Shown here: positions 48,392 through 58,450 of the stretch, one piece after another
How positions within the stretch are numbered: position 1 is the stretch's first letter
Layout: each line of letters begins with the position of its first letter
From: an uncultured Clostridia bacterium
GTDB taxonomy: Bacteria > Bacillota > Clostridia > Christensenellales > UBA1242
Length of the DNA stretch: 64,000 nucleotides
NCBI GenBank assembly: GCA_944359935.1
Contig: CALVTD010000001.1
Location: 14,432 to 78,431 of the forward strand
Direction: 5' to 3'
The notes under the pieces: generated by a model
Told to the model about the DNA's origin: nothing
Database searches by the model: none
What the model saw: only the letters and a program-made list of their open reading frames with translations
Program-made: the position numbers and the translations under genes

Positions 48392-48736
48392 TTAAAAACA
48401 TGCTTTTAAATACTCAACTTTTCCATCCAAAACCTCAATCACATCAAACCTGCATTCGCAATCTGTTTGGTTGGTTTTTAAAAGATAGTACTCGGCAACT
48501 CTTCTAATCTTGTTTTGCTTTGTGACGTTAACCATTTCACGCGGATAGCCAAAATCTAAATTAGATTTTGTTTTAACCTCAACAAAAACAATGGTCTTTT
48601 TTTGCTGAGCGATGATGTCTATCTCGCCTATTTTACATGTGAAATTTGTGGCTAAAATTTTATAGCCCTGGTCTTTCAAAAATTTTTGCGCAATGGCTTC
48701 GCCCTGACTTCCCGTGATTTTGTTAAAAATTTTCAT
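48392..48736 (-). CDS. YraN-family (UPF0102) endonuclease-like protein
   Basis: GEAIAQKFLKDQGYKILATNF..GEIDIIA...VFVEVKT. Confidence 0.8.
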   Translation of the reverse strand: MKIFNKITGSQGEAIAQKFLKDQGYKILATNFTCKIGEIDIIAQQKKTIVFVEVKTKSNLDFGYPREMVNVTKQNKIRRVAEYYLLKTNQTDCECRFDVIEVLDGKVEYLKACF

Positions 48737-49552
48737 TTAATCACCTATCATCAAGTTGCCAAGCCTGCCACTTCGAAAATCGCTGATAAGCGCCTTTGCG
48801 CCTCGCGACACATCAAATTCTCCGCCCGGCAGCAAAAATGCCCGCGCTTTGCATATCTCTTGCAAATTGGAGGCGCCTTTGTAACGCTCTTCAATCTTTC
48901 CTGGATAAAGTTTTTGCATGCGCTTTAAAAATTCCTCCGCCAGTTCTACTTCATCCACAACTTCATCTCTAATGCTGCCAATAAATGCCAAACTTTTTGC
49001 AACTTCTTGGTTATCTAGGTTTGGATAAAGAGTGCCAGGCGTGTCGCAAACCTCAATGTCGCTTGCAATCTTAAACCACTGCTTGTTTTTTGTAACGCCG
49101 GGCCTGTCACCAGTAACCGCTTTTGCTTTTTTGCAAAGATTGTTTACAAGGGTGCTTTTGCCCGAGTTAGGCACGCCAACAACTATGGCACGCAAAGTAA
49201 CGCTTATGCCTTTATTTTTAAACTTCTCCACCTTGTTTTTGCACAGCAGACGCATTTTTTCACACACATTTTTTGCAAGCCCACTTTGAGTTGAGTTGAG
49301 CATCAAGTAGTCATGGTTTTCGCCCTTGAAGCACGCTTTTACTTTGTTTAACCTTTCTAAATCTGTTAAATCAATCTTATTTAAAATGTAAAGAACAGGC
49401 TTTGTGCCAGCAAGTTTTTTTAATTCAGGGTTAAGGCAACTTTTTGGCGCACGAGAATCCAGCACATATATGATAACATCCGCTTTCACAAGTTCTTTTC
49501 GCATTTGGTCGAGCGCTTTTTTCATGTGCCCTGGAAACCAGTTAATCTTCAC
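48737..49552 (-). CDS. rbgA: Ribosome biogenesis GTPase A (YlqF/RbgA)
   Basis: [11 protein letters not shown], circularly permuted GTPase motifs NKIDL ... GVPNSGKST ... DTPG; GTG start at 49552 with AAGGAG RBS. Confidence 0.87.
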   Translation of the reverse strand: MKINWFPGHMKKALDQMRKELVKADVIIYVLDSRAPKSCLNPELKKLAGTKPVLYILNKIDLTDLERLNKVKACFKGENHDYLMLNSTQSGLAKNVCEKMRLLCKNKVEKFKNKGISVTLRAIVVGVPNSGKSTLVNNLCKKAKAVTGDRPGVTKNKQWFKIASDIEVCDTPGTLYPNLDNQEVAKSLAFIGSIRDEVVDEVELAEEFLKRMQKLYPGKIEERYKGASNLQEICKARAFLLPGGEFDVSRGAKALISDFRSGRLGNLMIGD

Positions 49553-50222
49553 CCTTCTCTCCTTTAAACAAATCTGGACGCACGCGTTTGGTTTTTTGCT
49601 CGGCCATTTCTTTGCGCCACTTCGCAATCTCGGCATGATTGCCGCTTAAAAGCACCTCTGGCACTTTAAGCCCCTCAAAAATTTGAGGACGAGTGTATTG
49701 AGGATACTCAAGAAGCCCATTTGAAAAACTTTCTTCATTCAAACTTTCTTTGCTGAGCACGCCATCAACAAACCTTGACAGGCTGTCGATGATAACCATG
49801 GCTGGCAATTCCCCGCCCGTCAAAACATAGTCGCCAATTGAAACTTCTTCTGCATCAAAAATTTCAATCAGCCTCTGGTCGATGCCTTCATAGTGCCCGC
49901 AAATAAAAATCAAATGCTCTTGTTGAGCATACTCTTTTGCTTTTTCATGATTAAAAACCTTGCCACTTGGAGATGGAAAAATAACCTTGCTGTTTTTATC
50001 CCACACGCTTTTTACGGCGTCATAAACAGGCTGCACGCTCATCAGCATGCCCGCGCCTCCGCCAAAAGGTGTGTCATCGCATTTCTTGTGTTTATCCTTT
50101 GTGAAATCGCGAATGTTGATTATGTTGATTTGCAGCACGCCTTTTTTTTGCGCGCGAGAAATGATGCTTTCTTCGAAAGGCTTAAAACTATCTGGAAAAA
50201 GCGTTAAAACATCAATCCTCAT
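49542..50222 (-). CDS. trmD: tRNA (guanine37-N1)-methyltransferase TrmD
   Basis: [47 protein letters not shown]. Confidence 0.94.
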   Translation of the reverse strand: MRIDVLTLFPDSFKPFEESIISRAQKKGVLQINIINIRDFTKDKHKKCDDTPFGGGAGMLMSVQPVYDAVKSVWDKNSKVIFPSPSGKVFNHEKAKEYAQQEHLIFICGHYEGIDQRLIEIFDAEEVSIGDYVLTGGELPAMVIIDSLSRFVDGVLSKESLNEESFSNGLLEYPQYTRPQIFEGLKVPEVLLSGNHAEIAKWRKEMAEQKTKRVRPDLFKGEKGED

Positions 50223-50707
50223 ATTTTATTTTCCTCATATGCGCGCCTGTTGATGGTAAGCCTGTCGCCCTCTGTGATGAAAATTTGGCTGATATACGGC
50301 ACTTCATACACATGCCCATTTTCGTCTATGGAAATAATCGGTGCCGAGCCATAATCTTCATAATCCACAATTTGGCCAACTTTATTGCCCTCTTCGTCAA
50401 AGAGAAGCATGCCAATAAGGTCGTCCACCAAAAAATCCGTCTGCTTATATTTTTCAAGTTCTTGTTTAGGCAAATAGATTTCGCAGTTTCTAAAAACCTC
50501 GGCATTGTTGCGGTCGTTTACGCCAAGCAGTTTTAAATAAAGCGCACCTCCGCGCACAACAGCCCTTTCAACATCGCATTCATTGCCGTCAATATACACT
50601 TTTTTTGCATTAGTTACAGCCGCAAGAACATCGGTGAACAGTTGACACTTTATTTCACCCCTCAGCCCTTGCGGCTTTGAAACTTTGGCAATAAGTAAAT
50701 TTTGCAT
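50219..50707 (-). CDS. rimM: 16S rRNA processing protein RimM
   Basis: [16 protein letters not shown]-terminus plus PRC-barrel C-terminus; conserved position between the KH protein and trmD. Confidence 0.85.
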   Translation of the reverse strand: MQNLLIAKVSKPQGLRGEIKCQLFTDVLAAVTNAKKVYIDGNECDVERAVVRGGALYLKLLGVNDRNNAEVFRNCEIYLPKQELEKYKQTDFLVDDLIGMLLFDEEGNKVGQIVDYEDYGSAPIISIDENGHVYEVPYISQIFITEGDRLTINRRAYEENKI

Positions 50708-50937
50708 TATTCTCCAAACTTAACAAAAGTTTTTCTTTTATTTTTTCCAGCAAGTGATTTAACAATGGTTCTAATGCTTGAAGCAACTTTGCCATTTTTG
50801 CCAATCACCCTGCCCATATCCTCGTCAGCAACATTGACACGAACGATTGTTTCATCCTCGCCTTCTTCAATGCTAACGCTAACGGCATCTTTATTTTCAA
50901 CAAGATGCTTAACGATGTATTCAACAAGTTCTTTCAT
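50707..50937 (-). CDS. KH-domain RNA-binding protein (YlqC family)
   Basis: MGRVIGKNGKVASSIRTIV; conserved position after rpsP. Confidence 0.8.
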   Translation of the reverse strand: MKELVEYIVKHLVENKDAVSVSIEEGEDETIVRVNVADEDMGRVIGKNGKVASSIRTIVKSLAGKNKRKTFVKFGE

Positions 50938-50947
50938 AGCCGTCCCC

Positions 50948-51202
50948 TTACTTTTTGTTTTCGATTACGCCTGCTTTAACAAGCACAGATTTTGCTGTTT
51001 CAGTTGGCGTAGCGCCGTTTTTAAGCCATTTTGAAGCCTTTTCAGCATCAACTTTAATTTCTGCTGGGTTTTTAAGAGGGTTGTAAGTTCCAATAACTTC
51101 GATGAACTTGCCATCTCTTGGGCTTCTTGAATCAGCAACAACAACTCTGTAAAAAGGTGCTTTTTTGTCGCCAAGTCTTGTTAACCTAATTTTTACTGCC
51201 AT
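50948..51202 (-). CDS. rpsP: 30S ribosomal protein S16
   Basis: [35 protein letters not shown]. Confidence 0.95.
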   Translation of the reverse strand: MAVKIRLTRLGDKKAPFYRVVVADSRSPRDGKFIEVIGTYNPLKNPAEIKVDAEKASKWLKNGATPTETAKSVLVKAGVIENKK

Positions 51203-51255
51203 GTTTTCCTCCTTATAAAATTTATATATAAAATTGCCTAAGCAATCCTATATCA

Positions 51256-52563
51256 CTAAAACCTCAGTCCCTTTTTATTTTTCATCATTTTCATCATCTC
51301 TTTGGACTGAGCAAACTGCCTAAGCAGCGCGTTTACTTGCTGAACGCTTGTGCCACTGCCTTTGGCAATTCTCTGGCGTCTAGACGCCTTGATGATGTCT
51401 GGGTTTTGCCGCTCCTCTGGCGTCATAGATTGAATGATGTATTTGTTTATTTGAATTTGCTGTTCGTCAATCTGCACGCCCTTTAATTTGTTGCCCATGC
51501 CTGGAATCATCGCCAGGATGTCTTGAATTGAACCCATTTTTTTCATGCTTTCAATTTGGGCAAGGTAGTCATCAAATGTGAACGAGTTTTCTCTAAACTT
51601 CTTTTCAAGCGCTTTTGCCTGTTCCTCGGTTACGGCCTCCTGTGCCTTTTCAATCAGTGAAAGCACATCGCCCATGCCCAAAATTCTGCTAGCAATGCGG
51701 TCTGGATAAAACGGTTCAATATCCCCAATTTTTTCACCCACGCCAGTGAATTTAATTGGCTTGCCAGTTATTGCTTTGATTGAAAGCGCCGCGCCTCCTC
51801 GAGTGTCGCCATCCAGTTTGGTTAAAATAAAACCAGTAACATCCAGCGCGTTATTAAACGCCTCTGCCACATTCACGGCATCTTGACCTGTCATGGCGTC
51901 AAGCACAAGCAAAATTTCTGTTGGCTGAACTTCTTTTTTGATGTTTTTAAGTTCATCCATAAGTTCTTCATTGATGTGCAATCTGCCCGCCGTATCCAAA
52001 ATAACAACATCATAGCCCTGCTTTTTTGCGTGTTCCACGGCCTGTTTAGCGGTTTTAACTGGGTTTTGAGTGCCTTTTTCAAACACCTCAACATTGGCTT
52101 GTTTTCCAACCACCTGCAACTGAGAAATTGCCGCAGGCCTGTAAATATCGCAGGCTACAAGCAGTGGTTTCTTGCCGCTTTTTTTAAGATGCGCGGCCAG
52201 TTTTGCACACATGGTGGTTTTGCCCGCACCCTGCAAACCGCAAAGCATAATTATGGTTGGCGGAGCGGAGGAAATAACCAGTTTTTGATTGTTGGAACTC
52301 ATAAGGCTTGTAAGTTCATCGCGCACGATTTTAATAACTTGTTGTGCAGGCGTTAAACTTTTAAGCACCTCGTCGCCCACTGCTTTTTCGGACACATTCT
52401 TAACAAAATCTTTGGCAACCATATAGTTGACGTCCGCTTCCAGCAAAGCAATTCGCACTTCACGCATTGCCTCTTTAATTTCAAGTTCTGTCAACCTGCC
52501 GCGCTTTGTGAGTTTTGAAAAAATGTGATTAAATTTTTCGGATAATGATGAAAAAAGTGCCAT
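51256..52563 (-). CDS. ffh: Signal recognition particle protein Ffh
   Basis: MLCGLQGAGKTT, DTAGRL, TKLDGDTRGGAALS, Met-rich C-terminal M domain. Confidence 0.95.
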   Translation of the reverse strand: MALFSSLSEKFNHIFSKLTKRGRLTELEIKEAMREVRIALLEADVNYMVAKDFVKNVSEKAVGDEVLKSLTPAQQVIKIVRDELTSLMSSNNQKLVISSAPPTIIMLCGLQGAGKTTMCAKLAAHLKKSGKKPLLVACDIYRPAAISQLQVVGKQANVEVFEKGTQNPVKTAKQAVEHAKKQGYDVVILDTAGRLHINEELMDELKNIKKEVQPTEILLVLDAMTGQDAVNVAEAFNNALDVTGFILTKLDGDTRGGAALSIKAITGKPIKFTGVGEKIGDIEPFYPDRIASRILGMGDVLSLIEKAQEAVTEEQAKALEKKFRENSFTFDDYLAQIESMKKMGSIQDILAMIPGMGNKLKGVQIDEQQIQINKYIIQSMTPEERQNPDIIKASRRQRIAKGSGTSVQQVNALLRQFAQSKEMMKMMKNKKGLRF

Positions 52564-52806
52564 TTACCTCTCCCCATTAAGTCTTTTTAAAAAACCAAGT
52601 TTGTTTTCATACATTTGAAGTTTAGCCTCTGCTTTTGAAATTGCGTCCTTCACTGCCTGCCTTGAAACATCGTGATTTTGCCCAATTTCAGTTATTGTCA
52701 AATCTTTTAAAAGATAGTCTTCCATCACCTGCCTTTGGGTTGCTGAAAGCAGCGGGCCATACAAATCTAAAAGACTTGCCAAATACAAATTTTTCTCTAA
52801 ACTCAT
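52564..52806 (-). CDS. ylxM: YlxM-family putative DNA-binding protein (UPF0122)
   Basis: LLDLYGPLLSATQRQVMEDYLLKDLTITEIGQNHDVSRQAV; abuts ffh. TTGACA-17-TAATAT promoter upstream. Confidence 0.8.
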   Translation of the reverse strand: MSLEKNLYLASLLDLYGPLLSATQRQVMEDYLLKDLTITEIGQNHDVSRQAVKDAISKAEAKLQMYENKLGFLKRLNGER

Positions 52807-52875
52807 CTTCCTCTCCGTAAAGCATTTTTACTTTACAAAGTTATATTAGCATAGTCTTAAATTCTTGTCAAGCAT

Positions 52876-53955
52876 TTAATCAATTAAATGTAAAATTATA
52901 GAATTGGAAACGTTGTAATATTTACTGTTAAGCCTAATGATGCCATCCTGAACTTTAAGAATATTATCTTGAACATATTTTTTAAATATCGGTTTTTCAC
53001 TTATGCTGGCATTCAATGCATCCAGCCTAAACCCAGCGTCGCACCTCAGCCCAAGCATAATCACCTCTTCATCGCGCTGAGATGATGAAAGCACCTCTTT
53101 GTTTTGTTTGCCTAAAAAATAATCCTCAAAGTTGTCGGCGTTTGCCCAGCGAACAAAACCCCCGTCAAAGGAATGTGCTCCCAGCCCAAAACCCAAATAT
53201 GCCTGGCCCGTCCAGTAAGCATAATTGTGTTTGCTTTTGAAGCCTTTTAACGCAAAATTGGAGATTTCATACTGCAAAAAGCCGTTTTTTTGCAAAAAAT
53301 CAGTTAATTTTTGATATTTTTTCACCACTGCGTCATCATCCGGCAGTTTAATCTCGCCTCGTTCAACCATGCCTTTAAGGCGCGTTCCGTCCTCAATTTG
53401 AAGCATATAGGCAGAGATATGTTTGACACCAGAGCGTAGCAAAATTTTTGCATCGTTTTGAATATCGCCTTTTGGCAAACCCAGCAAAAGGTCGGCAGAG
53501 ATGTTGTCAAACCCCGCGCGTTTTGCGTTTTCAATGGCCGCAAGTGCCTGCGCTTTTGTGTGCCTTCTTCCCAAAAATTTTAGCATTTTGTCATTTAACG
53601 ACTGCACGCCAAAACTAACACGGTTAAAGCCCGCCGAATGGTAGGCTTTAAGTTTTTCTAGGCTAGCAGAGCAAGGGTTGCATTCAATGGTGATTTCCGC
53701 CTCCGGCAAAACATGAAATGCGCTTTTGATTGTTTGCAAAGTTTTGACAATTTGTTTTTCGCTGACGCAAGACGGCGTTCCTCCGCCAAAATAGATGCTG
53801 GCAACTTCCCTGTCAGGAAAATTGCAATTTTTTATTTCTTTATTCAAATATTCAAAGTATCTATCTTGAAAATTTTCATCACGCACAAAAGAAGCAAACG
53901 CACAGTAGATGCATTTGCTTTCACAAAACGGAATATGCACATATATGCCAATCAT
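52876..53955 (-). CDS. hemW: Radical SAM heme chaperone HemW (HemN-like)
   Basis: [16 protein letters not shown] CxxxCxxC motif; ATGA overlap with lepA as in many Firmicutes. Confidence 0.85.
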   Translation of the reverse strand: MIGIYVHIPFCESKCIYCAFASFVRDENFQDRYFEYLNKEIKNCNFPDREVASIYFGGGTPSCVSEKQIVKTLQTIKSAFHVLPEAEITIECNPCSASLEKLKAYHSAGFNRVSFGVQSLNDKMLKFLGRRHTKAQALAAIENAKRAGFDNISADLLLGLPKGDIQNDAKILLRSGVKHISAYMLQIEDGTRLKGMVERGEIKLPDDDAVVKKYQKLTDFLQKNGFLQYEISNFALKGFKSKHNYAYWTGQAYLGFGLGAHSFDGGFVRWANADNFEDYFLGKQNKEVLSSSQRDEEVIMLGLRCDAGFRLDALNASISEKPIFKKYVQDNILKVQDGIIRLNSKYYNVSNSIILHLID

Positions 53956-55748
53956 TTGTCATCATCCAATTTGAGGATTGATAAAAACGCTTCCGATGGA
54001 ATTTCCACCGAACCAATTTGCCTCATGCGCTTTTTGCCCTCTTTTTGTTTTTCCAAAAGTTTGCGCTTGCGAGTTATATCCCCGCCATAGCATTTTGCAA
54101 GCACATCTTTTCTAAGTGCGCTGATGGTTTCTCTTGCAATAATTTTATTGCCAATCGCCGCTTGAATTGGCACTTCAAAAAGTTGACGAGGAATGATTGT
54201 TTTAAGTTTTTCAGTAATAGCCCTTCCCCTTGCATACGCACTGTCTTCATGCACGATAAGCGACAGCGCATCGCATTTTTCACCGTTAAGCAAGATGTCA
54301 AGTTTAACCAGTTTGCTTGGCGCAAAGCCATCCATTTCATAGTCAAAACTTGCATAGCCCTTTGTAAGCGATTTAAGTTTGTCAAAAAAGTCGTAAATAA
54401 TTTCTCCCAGCGGAAGGCTGTATTCCAGCCTCACACGGTTGGCGTCCAGATACACCATGTTTTTATATTCGCCACGCTTATCTTGGCACAGTTGCATAAC
54501 CGAACCAACATATGCCGGCGGAGTGAAGATGCTGGCCTTAACAATAGGCTCAAAAATTTTGTCAATCTCCACTGGCGAAGGCAACGATGCAGGATTTGAA
54601 ATTTCCAATTCCTCACCATTTGTTTTTAACACTTTGTAAGAAACGCTTGGCGCCGTGGTGATGATGTCTAAGTTAAACTCTCGCTCCAACCTTTCGGTTA
54701 TGATTTCAAGATGCAACAGTCCCAAAAATCCACACCTAAACCCAAATCCCAGCGCCTGCGAAACCTCTGGTGAAAATTGCAGACTGGCATCATTAAGTTT
54801 AAGTTTCAAAAGCGCCTCTTTAAGTTCGTTATATTTAGAGCCGTCCACGCAAAACACACCACAGTACACAACAGGCTGCACAACTTTATAGCCAGGAAGA
54901 GGCGTAAGCGTAGGCCTCTCTTCATGCGTAATCGTGTCGCCCACATGCACATCTGCCACGCTTTTAATTGACGCGCAAACATACCCCACTTCGCCCGCGC
55001 TCAAACTTTTTGTCTGCTGCATTTTAGGGTTAAAAATTCCAACTTCGGTTACCTCATATTTGCGCCCAGTTTGCATAAACAAAATGTTGTCGCCCGCTTT
55101 AATCACACCGTCAAAAACCCTGATAAGGCACACCGCGCCCTTAAAATTGTCATAAAAACTGTCAAAAACCAAGCACTTGAGTGGCGCCTTGTCATCACCC
55201 TTTGGAGGTGGAAAATCGGTTACAATTTTCTGCAAAACTTGGTTTATGTTTGTGCCCTCTTTGGCCGAAATGCATGGTGCGTCATCCGCAGGCAGCCCCA
55301 CAACATCTTCAATTTCTTTTTTAACCTCTTCCACTCTTGCTGATGGAAGGTCAATTTTGTTTATAACCGGCACAATTTCAAGCCCTGCATCAAGCGCAAG
55401 ATATGCATTGGCAAGCGTTTGCGCCTCCACACCTTGTGACGCATCCACAATCAAAATTGCGCCCTCACAAGCCGCAAGCGAGCGTGATACCTCATACGTA
55501 AAGTCCACATGACCCGGCGTGTCGATTAAATTCAAAATATACTGCTCACCATTAAAGGTGTAATTCATGCGTGTTGGAGTAAGTTTAATGGTGATGCCCT
55601 TTTCTCGTTCAAGTTCCATGCTGTCTAAAAGTTGCGACTGCATGTCTCTGGACGCGACAGAACCCGTTTGCTCCATAAGCCTGTCAGCAAGCGTGCTCTT
55701 TCCATGGTCGATGTGTGCGATGATGCAAAAGTTGCGAATATTTTTCAT
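53952..55748 (-). CDS. lepA: Translation elongation factor 4 (LepA)
   Basis: [36 protein letters not shown]-terminal LepA domain. Confidence 0.95.
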   Translation of the reverse strand: MKNIRNFCIIAHIDHGKSTLADRLMEQTGSVASRDMQSQLLDSMELEREKGITIKLTPTRMNYTFNGEQYILNLIDTPGHVDFTYEVSRSLAACEGAILIVDASQGVEAQTLANAYLALDAGLEIVPVINKIDLPSARVEEVKKEIEDVVGLPADDAPCISAKEGTNINQVLQKIVTDFPPPKGDDKAPLKCLVFDSFYDNFKGAVCLIRVFDGVIKAGDNILFMQTGRKYEVTEVGIFNPKMQQTKSLSAGEVGYVCASIKSVADVHVGDTITHEERPTLTPLPGYKVVQPVVYCGVFCVDGSKYNELKEALLKLKLNDASLQFSPEVSQALGFGFRCGFLGLLHLEIITERLEREFNLDIITTAPSVSYKVLKTNGEELEISNPASLPSPVEIDKIFEPIVKASIFTPPAYVGSVMQLCQDKRGEYKNMVYLDANRVRLEYSLPLGEIIYDFFDKLKSLTKGYASFDYEMDGFAPSKLVKLDILLNGEKCDALSLIVHEDSAYARGRAITEKLKTIIPRQLFEVPIQAAIGNKIIARETISALRKDVLAKCYGGDITRKRKLLEKQKEGKKRMRQIGSVEIPSEAFLSILKLDDDK

Positions 55749-55896
55749 ATGCAAAAATTATAACAGATAATTTTGTTTATTACAAATTTTTAACATAAAT
55801 TGTAGTTTTTTTGCTTAAAAACTCTTGGGAATTTTTATTTTATTATGTATAATAATTTTATCAATAAATTAAATTATTTTCAAAGGATATAAAAAC

Positions 55897-56625
55897 ATGG
55901 ACCTTTTTAAATCTTGGCTTGTGGAAACCCCAATCGCTCACAGAGGGCTTCACGATGAAACTCACCCTGAAAATTCTATCAGCGCTTTTAAAAATGCAAT
56001 CGCACACGGCTACGCAATTGAACTTGATGTGCAGATGCTTTCAGACGGAACCGTTGTGGTTTTTCACGATGAAAGCCTTTCAAGAATGACGGGCAATGAT
56101 GGATATTTAAAATTTTTAACTAAACAAGATTTGCCTATGCTTAAACTTAAAGGCTCAAAAGAATGCATCCCAACCCTGCAAGAGGCATTAGAGGCAATCA
56201 ACGGTCAAAGCCCTGTGATTATTGAAATCAAAAATAATTCAAAGGTCAGGGATTTGGAACAAAAAGTGATTGACATTTTGTCTGGATACAAAGGTGAAGT
56301 GGCAATCGCATCGTTTAACCCGCTTGTGCTCTCCTATTTCAAACAGCATGCGCCAAATATTTTGCGCGGACAACTTGCCGGCTTTTTAAAAAATATCAAA
56401 ATGAAATTCATCACTCGTTGGGGCATGAAAAGAATGCTGCTGACAAAAAAATTGGCAGCCGCCGACTTCATCATGTATGAAGCAAAAACTTTGCCAAACA
56501 GGTTTGTGAAAAAATTTAAAAAGTTGCCGCTGATTGCTTGGACGGTTAAAAGCCAAGAGGAATATTTAAGAGTTGTAAAATATTGCGATAACGTGATTTT
56601 TGAAGGCTTCGAACCAAAAATTTAA
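55897..56625 (+). CDS. Glycerophosphodiester phosphodiesterase family protein
   Basis: IAHRGLHDETHPENSISAF, IELDVQMLSDGTVVVFHDESL. Confidence 0.85.
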   Translation: MDLFKSWLVETPIAHRGLHDETHPENSISAFKNAIAHGYAIELDVQMLSDGTVVVFHDESLSRMTGNDGYLKFLTKQDLPMLKLKGSKECIPTLQEALEAINGQSPVIIEIKNNSKVRDLEQKVIDILSGYKGEVAIASFNPLVLSYFKQHAPNILRGQLAGFLKNIKMKFITRWGMKRMLLTKKLAAADFIMYEAKTLPNRFVKKFKKLPLIAWTVKSQEEYLRVVKYCDNVIFEGFEPKI

Positions 56626-56661
56626 CCACAGCAGAGCGCAATTTTAATTGCATTAAAATTA

Positions 56662-56689
56662 AAAGCCTAGCATGATGCTAGGCTTTTTG
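56662..56689. terminator. Bidirectional terminator between the GDPD gene and rsmD
   Basis: AGCCTAGCA-TGA-TGCTAGGCT hairpin plus T-run. Confidence 0.65.
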
Positions 56690-56697
56690 TCCGCTTT

Positions 56698-57240
56698 TTA
56701 AGCGGACGCGCTCTGCCGTGCAAGATACAACAGCGTTATATTTCCATATCTTTTCTCATCCAATTTAATAAACGGCGAAAAATCAAACTCATCCTCTTTG
56801 GCATGCTCGCAAACGATAATTCCTCCCTCTGCAAGCAGGCCCAGTTCGTCAATTTTTTTAAGCGCACTTTCATATAGACCCGACTTGTATGGAGGGTCAA
56901 TTAAAATAAGGTCAAACTGTCCCCAATTTGCATTCAAAATTTTCAGCGCATCGGCAGTCAACACCTTTGCCTCAAAGCCCATGTTCTTCAAATTTTGTTT
57001 GGTTAGGTAAACGCTTTTTGGGTTTTTATCTATAAACACAACCTCACCTGCACCCCTAGACAGTGCCTCAATGCCCAGCGCGCCTGTGCCGCAAAACATA
57101 TCCAGAACCCTCTTCCCCTCCACAAAAAATTGCAGTTTTGTGAACAGTGCCTGCTTAACCTTATCAGTGGTTGGCCTGATGTGCTCAAAATTATTTTCTA
57201 AAAGGCGTTTGCCTCTTTTGCTTCCCGCCACAACTCTCAT
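56698..57240 (-). CDS. rsmD: 16S rRNA (guanine966-N2)-methyltransferase RsmD
   Basis: MRVVAGSKRGKRL, DMFCGTGALGIEALSRGA, LIDPPY. Confidence 0.87.
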   Translation of the reverse strand: MRVVAGSKRGKRLLENNFEHIRPTTDKVKQALFTKLQFFVEGKRVLDMFCGTGALGIEALSRGAGEVVFIDKNPKSVYLTKQNLKNMGFEAKVLTADALKILNANWGQFDLILIDPPYKSGLYESALKKIDELGLLAEGGIIVCEHAKEDEFDFSPFIKLDEKRYGNITLLYLARQSASA

Positions 57241-57303
57241 AAAAATATTTTAACATTTATAGGCAAAAATGTAAATTTTTAAAAGCAACTTTTTAAAATT
57301 TAT

Positions 57304-57337
57304 TGTATAATTAGAAAAAGTCGAAATTTGTCGAAAT
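57304..57337 (+). promoter_or_regulatory. Extended -10 promoter plus tandem GTCGAAAT repeats (putative operator of the RHH gene)
   Basis: TGTATAAT at 57304-57311. GTCGAAAT occurs at 57320-57327 and again at 57330-57337, one helical turn apart, over the expected transcription start. Confidence 0.4.
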
Positions 57338-57356
57338 ATTTAAGGAGGGTTTGCAA

Positions 57357-57530
57357 ATGAGAAAGGATTATCCAAGATACACATTAAGAATATCCAAAGT
57401 TATGCTGTCAAAACTTGCAAGCATCGCCGAAAGAAATGGTCGCACAAAAAATAAAGAAATCGAGTTTTTGCTAAAAAGGCATATCGCCGAATATGAGCGC
57501 CTTAACGGAGAAATTAAAATAGAAAAATAA
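57357..57530 (+). CDS. Arc/MetJ-type ribbon-helix-helix DNA-binding protein (57 aa)
   Basis: Below the track cut-off. Hand translation gives MRKDYPRYTLRISKVMLSKLASIAERNGRTKNKEIEFLLKRHIAEYERLNGEIKIEK, a beta-strand then two helices in the RHH pattern. AAGGAGGG RBS. Confidence 0.6.
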   Translation: MRKDYPRYTLRISKVMLSKLASIAERNGRTKNKEIEFLLKRHIAEYERLNGEIKIEK

Positions 57531-57543
57531 CTCACCAAAATTA

Positions 57544-57572
57544 TTGACTTTTTTTTGAGTTTTTTATATACT
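57544..57572 (+). promoter_or_regulatory. Promoter of tRNA-Lys
   Basis: TTGACT (57544-57549), 17 nt, TATACT (57567-57572). Confidence 0.45.
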
Positions 57573-57635
57573 TGTGTGTGCAAGTGATGCGGCAAGAAAT
57601 TTGTTTTGCAAACGCACGCCAAAACAACTTAACAT

Positions 57636-57711
57636 GGACTTGTAGCTCAGTTGGTAGAGCAATTGACTCTTAATCAATGGGTCCAGGGTTCGAGCCCCTG
57701 CAAGTCCACCA
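57636..57711 (+). tRNA. tRNA-Lys (anticodon CTT), CCA encoded
   Basis: GGACTTG/CAAGTCC acceptor stem, GCTCAGTTGGTAGAGC D-arm, ATTGA-CTCTTAA-TCAAT anticodon arm, CAGGG-TTCGAGC-CCCTG T-arm, ACCA end. Confidence 0.93.
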
Positions 57712-57786
57712 AAAACCAGCCTTTCGCGGCTGGATTTTTTCTTGCAGTGGCTGCAAAGGTTAAAACCTTTGCGCATGCTCCGCATG
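57694..57786 (+). repeat. 93-nt direct repeat, copy 1 (last 18 nt of tRNA-Lys, terminator hairpin, and ~55 nt downstream)
   Basis: Near-identical to 57884-57976. The only differences are in the A-run and the hairpin loop and flank. Confidence 0.9.
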
Positions 57787-57883
57787 CCGAACCCTGCACT
57801 TCGTCCAGGTCGGAGCAAGCGTGGTTACAACCACACTCGCTCGGCCATTCGCTTGTTGCTCCCCAGAGCAACGCTCATAACGC

Positions 57884-57976
57884 GCCCCTGCAAGTCCACC
57901 AAAAAACCAGCCCTCGCGGCTGGCTTTTTTCTTGCAGTGGCTGCAAAGGTTAAAACCTTTGCGCATGCTCCGCATG
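57884..57976 (+). repeat. 93-nt direct repeat, copy 2
   Basis: GCCCCTGCAAGTCCACCAAAAAACCAGCCCTCGCGGCTGGCTTTTTTCTTGCAGTGGCTGCAAAGGTTAAAACCTTTGCGCATGCTCCGCATG. Confidence 0.9.
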
Positions 57977-58450
57977 TACGAACCCCGGACAAGTCCGGGT
58001 CGCAAACTTCCAGTTTGGGCCATTCGGCTATAGTTTGCCTGCCGGCAAACGCCTCATACTACGCTTCCCCCGACAGTCCACCATGCTAAATTCGTTATTT
58101 TAAAGAAATTTATTTATTTTTATATAACTATTTCTGCTAGTTTAGAATTTGAGTTTAAATTTGATTTTACATTTCACACCTCCTTTTAGATAATTTTACT
58201 ATTCCCGTGTGGACACCATTTGTCACGCGAGAAAAGTTTTCGCAAGAATTTTAGCATTCTCGCTGTATCACCATTTGCTACAGCGGGAAAAGTTGTTAAG
58301 AAAAAATATCTCTGCTTTTGCAAAGATATTAGTCTCTCTACTTATATAACAAATACTTTTTAATTTCGTGGGGTCATTTTGGGCGATTTTCACGAAAATA
58401 ATTGAAAAAGCTTTGTTTATGTGATATATTTATTTAAAAGGAGTAAGATA

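Noticed and set aside
57694-57976. Possible CRISPR array, because of the repeated ~93-nt segments.
   Set aside because: There are only two long copies plus one 34-nt partial copy. The repeat contains a tRNA end and a terminator, the spacing is irregular, and no cas genes are present.
57981-58010. GGACAAGTCCGGGTCGC looked like the RNase P RNA conserved GAGGAAAGTCCGGGC core. The CCACCA ends also suggested tmRNA.
   Set aside because: Only the short AGTCCGGG core matches. No other RNase P or tmRNA conserved regions are present: no tag reading frame, no 5-prime GGGG acceptor partner, no intact T-arm.
57564-58089. Four overlapping ORFs (84-115 aa, both strands) across tRNA-Lys and the GC-rich repeats.
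   Set aside because: They read through a tRNA gene and tandem repeats. The ...GGLAGAR... translations are tRNA antisense artefacts. They have no RBS and are open only because of local GC richness.
58167-58183. Strong SD (AAGGAGGTG) followed by ATG-TAA on the minus strand.
   Set aside because: A start-stop pair is not a gene. I read it as the stub of a deleted gene, which supports decay of the islet, and not as a functional mini-ORF.
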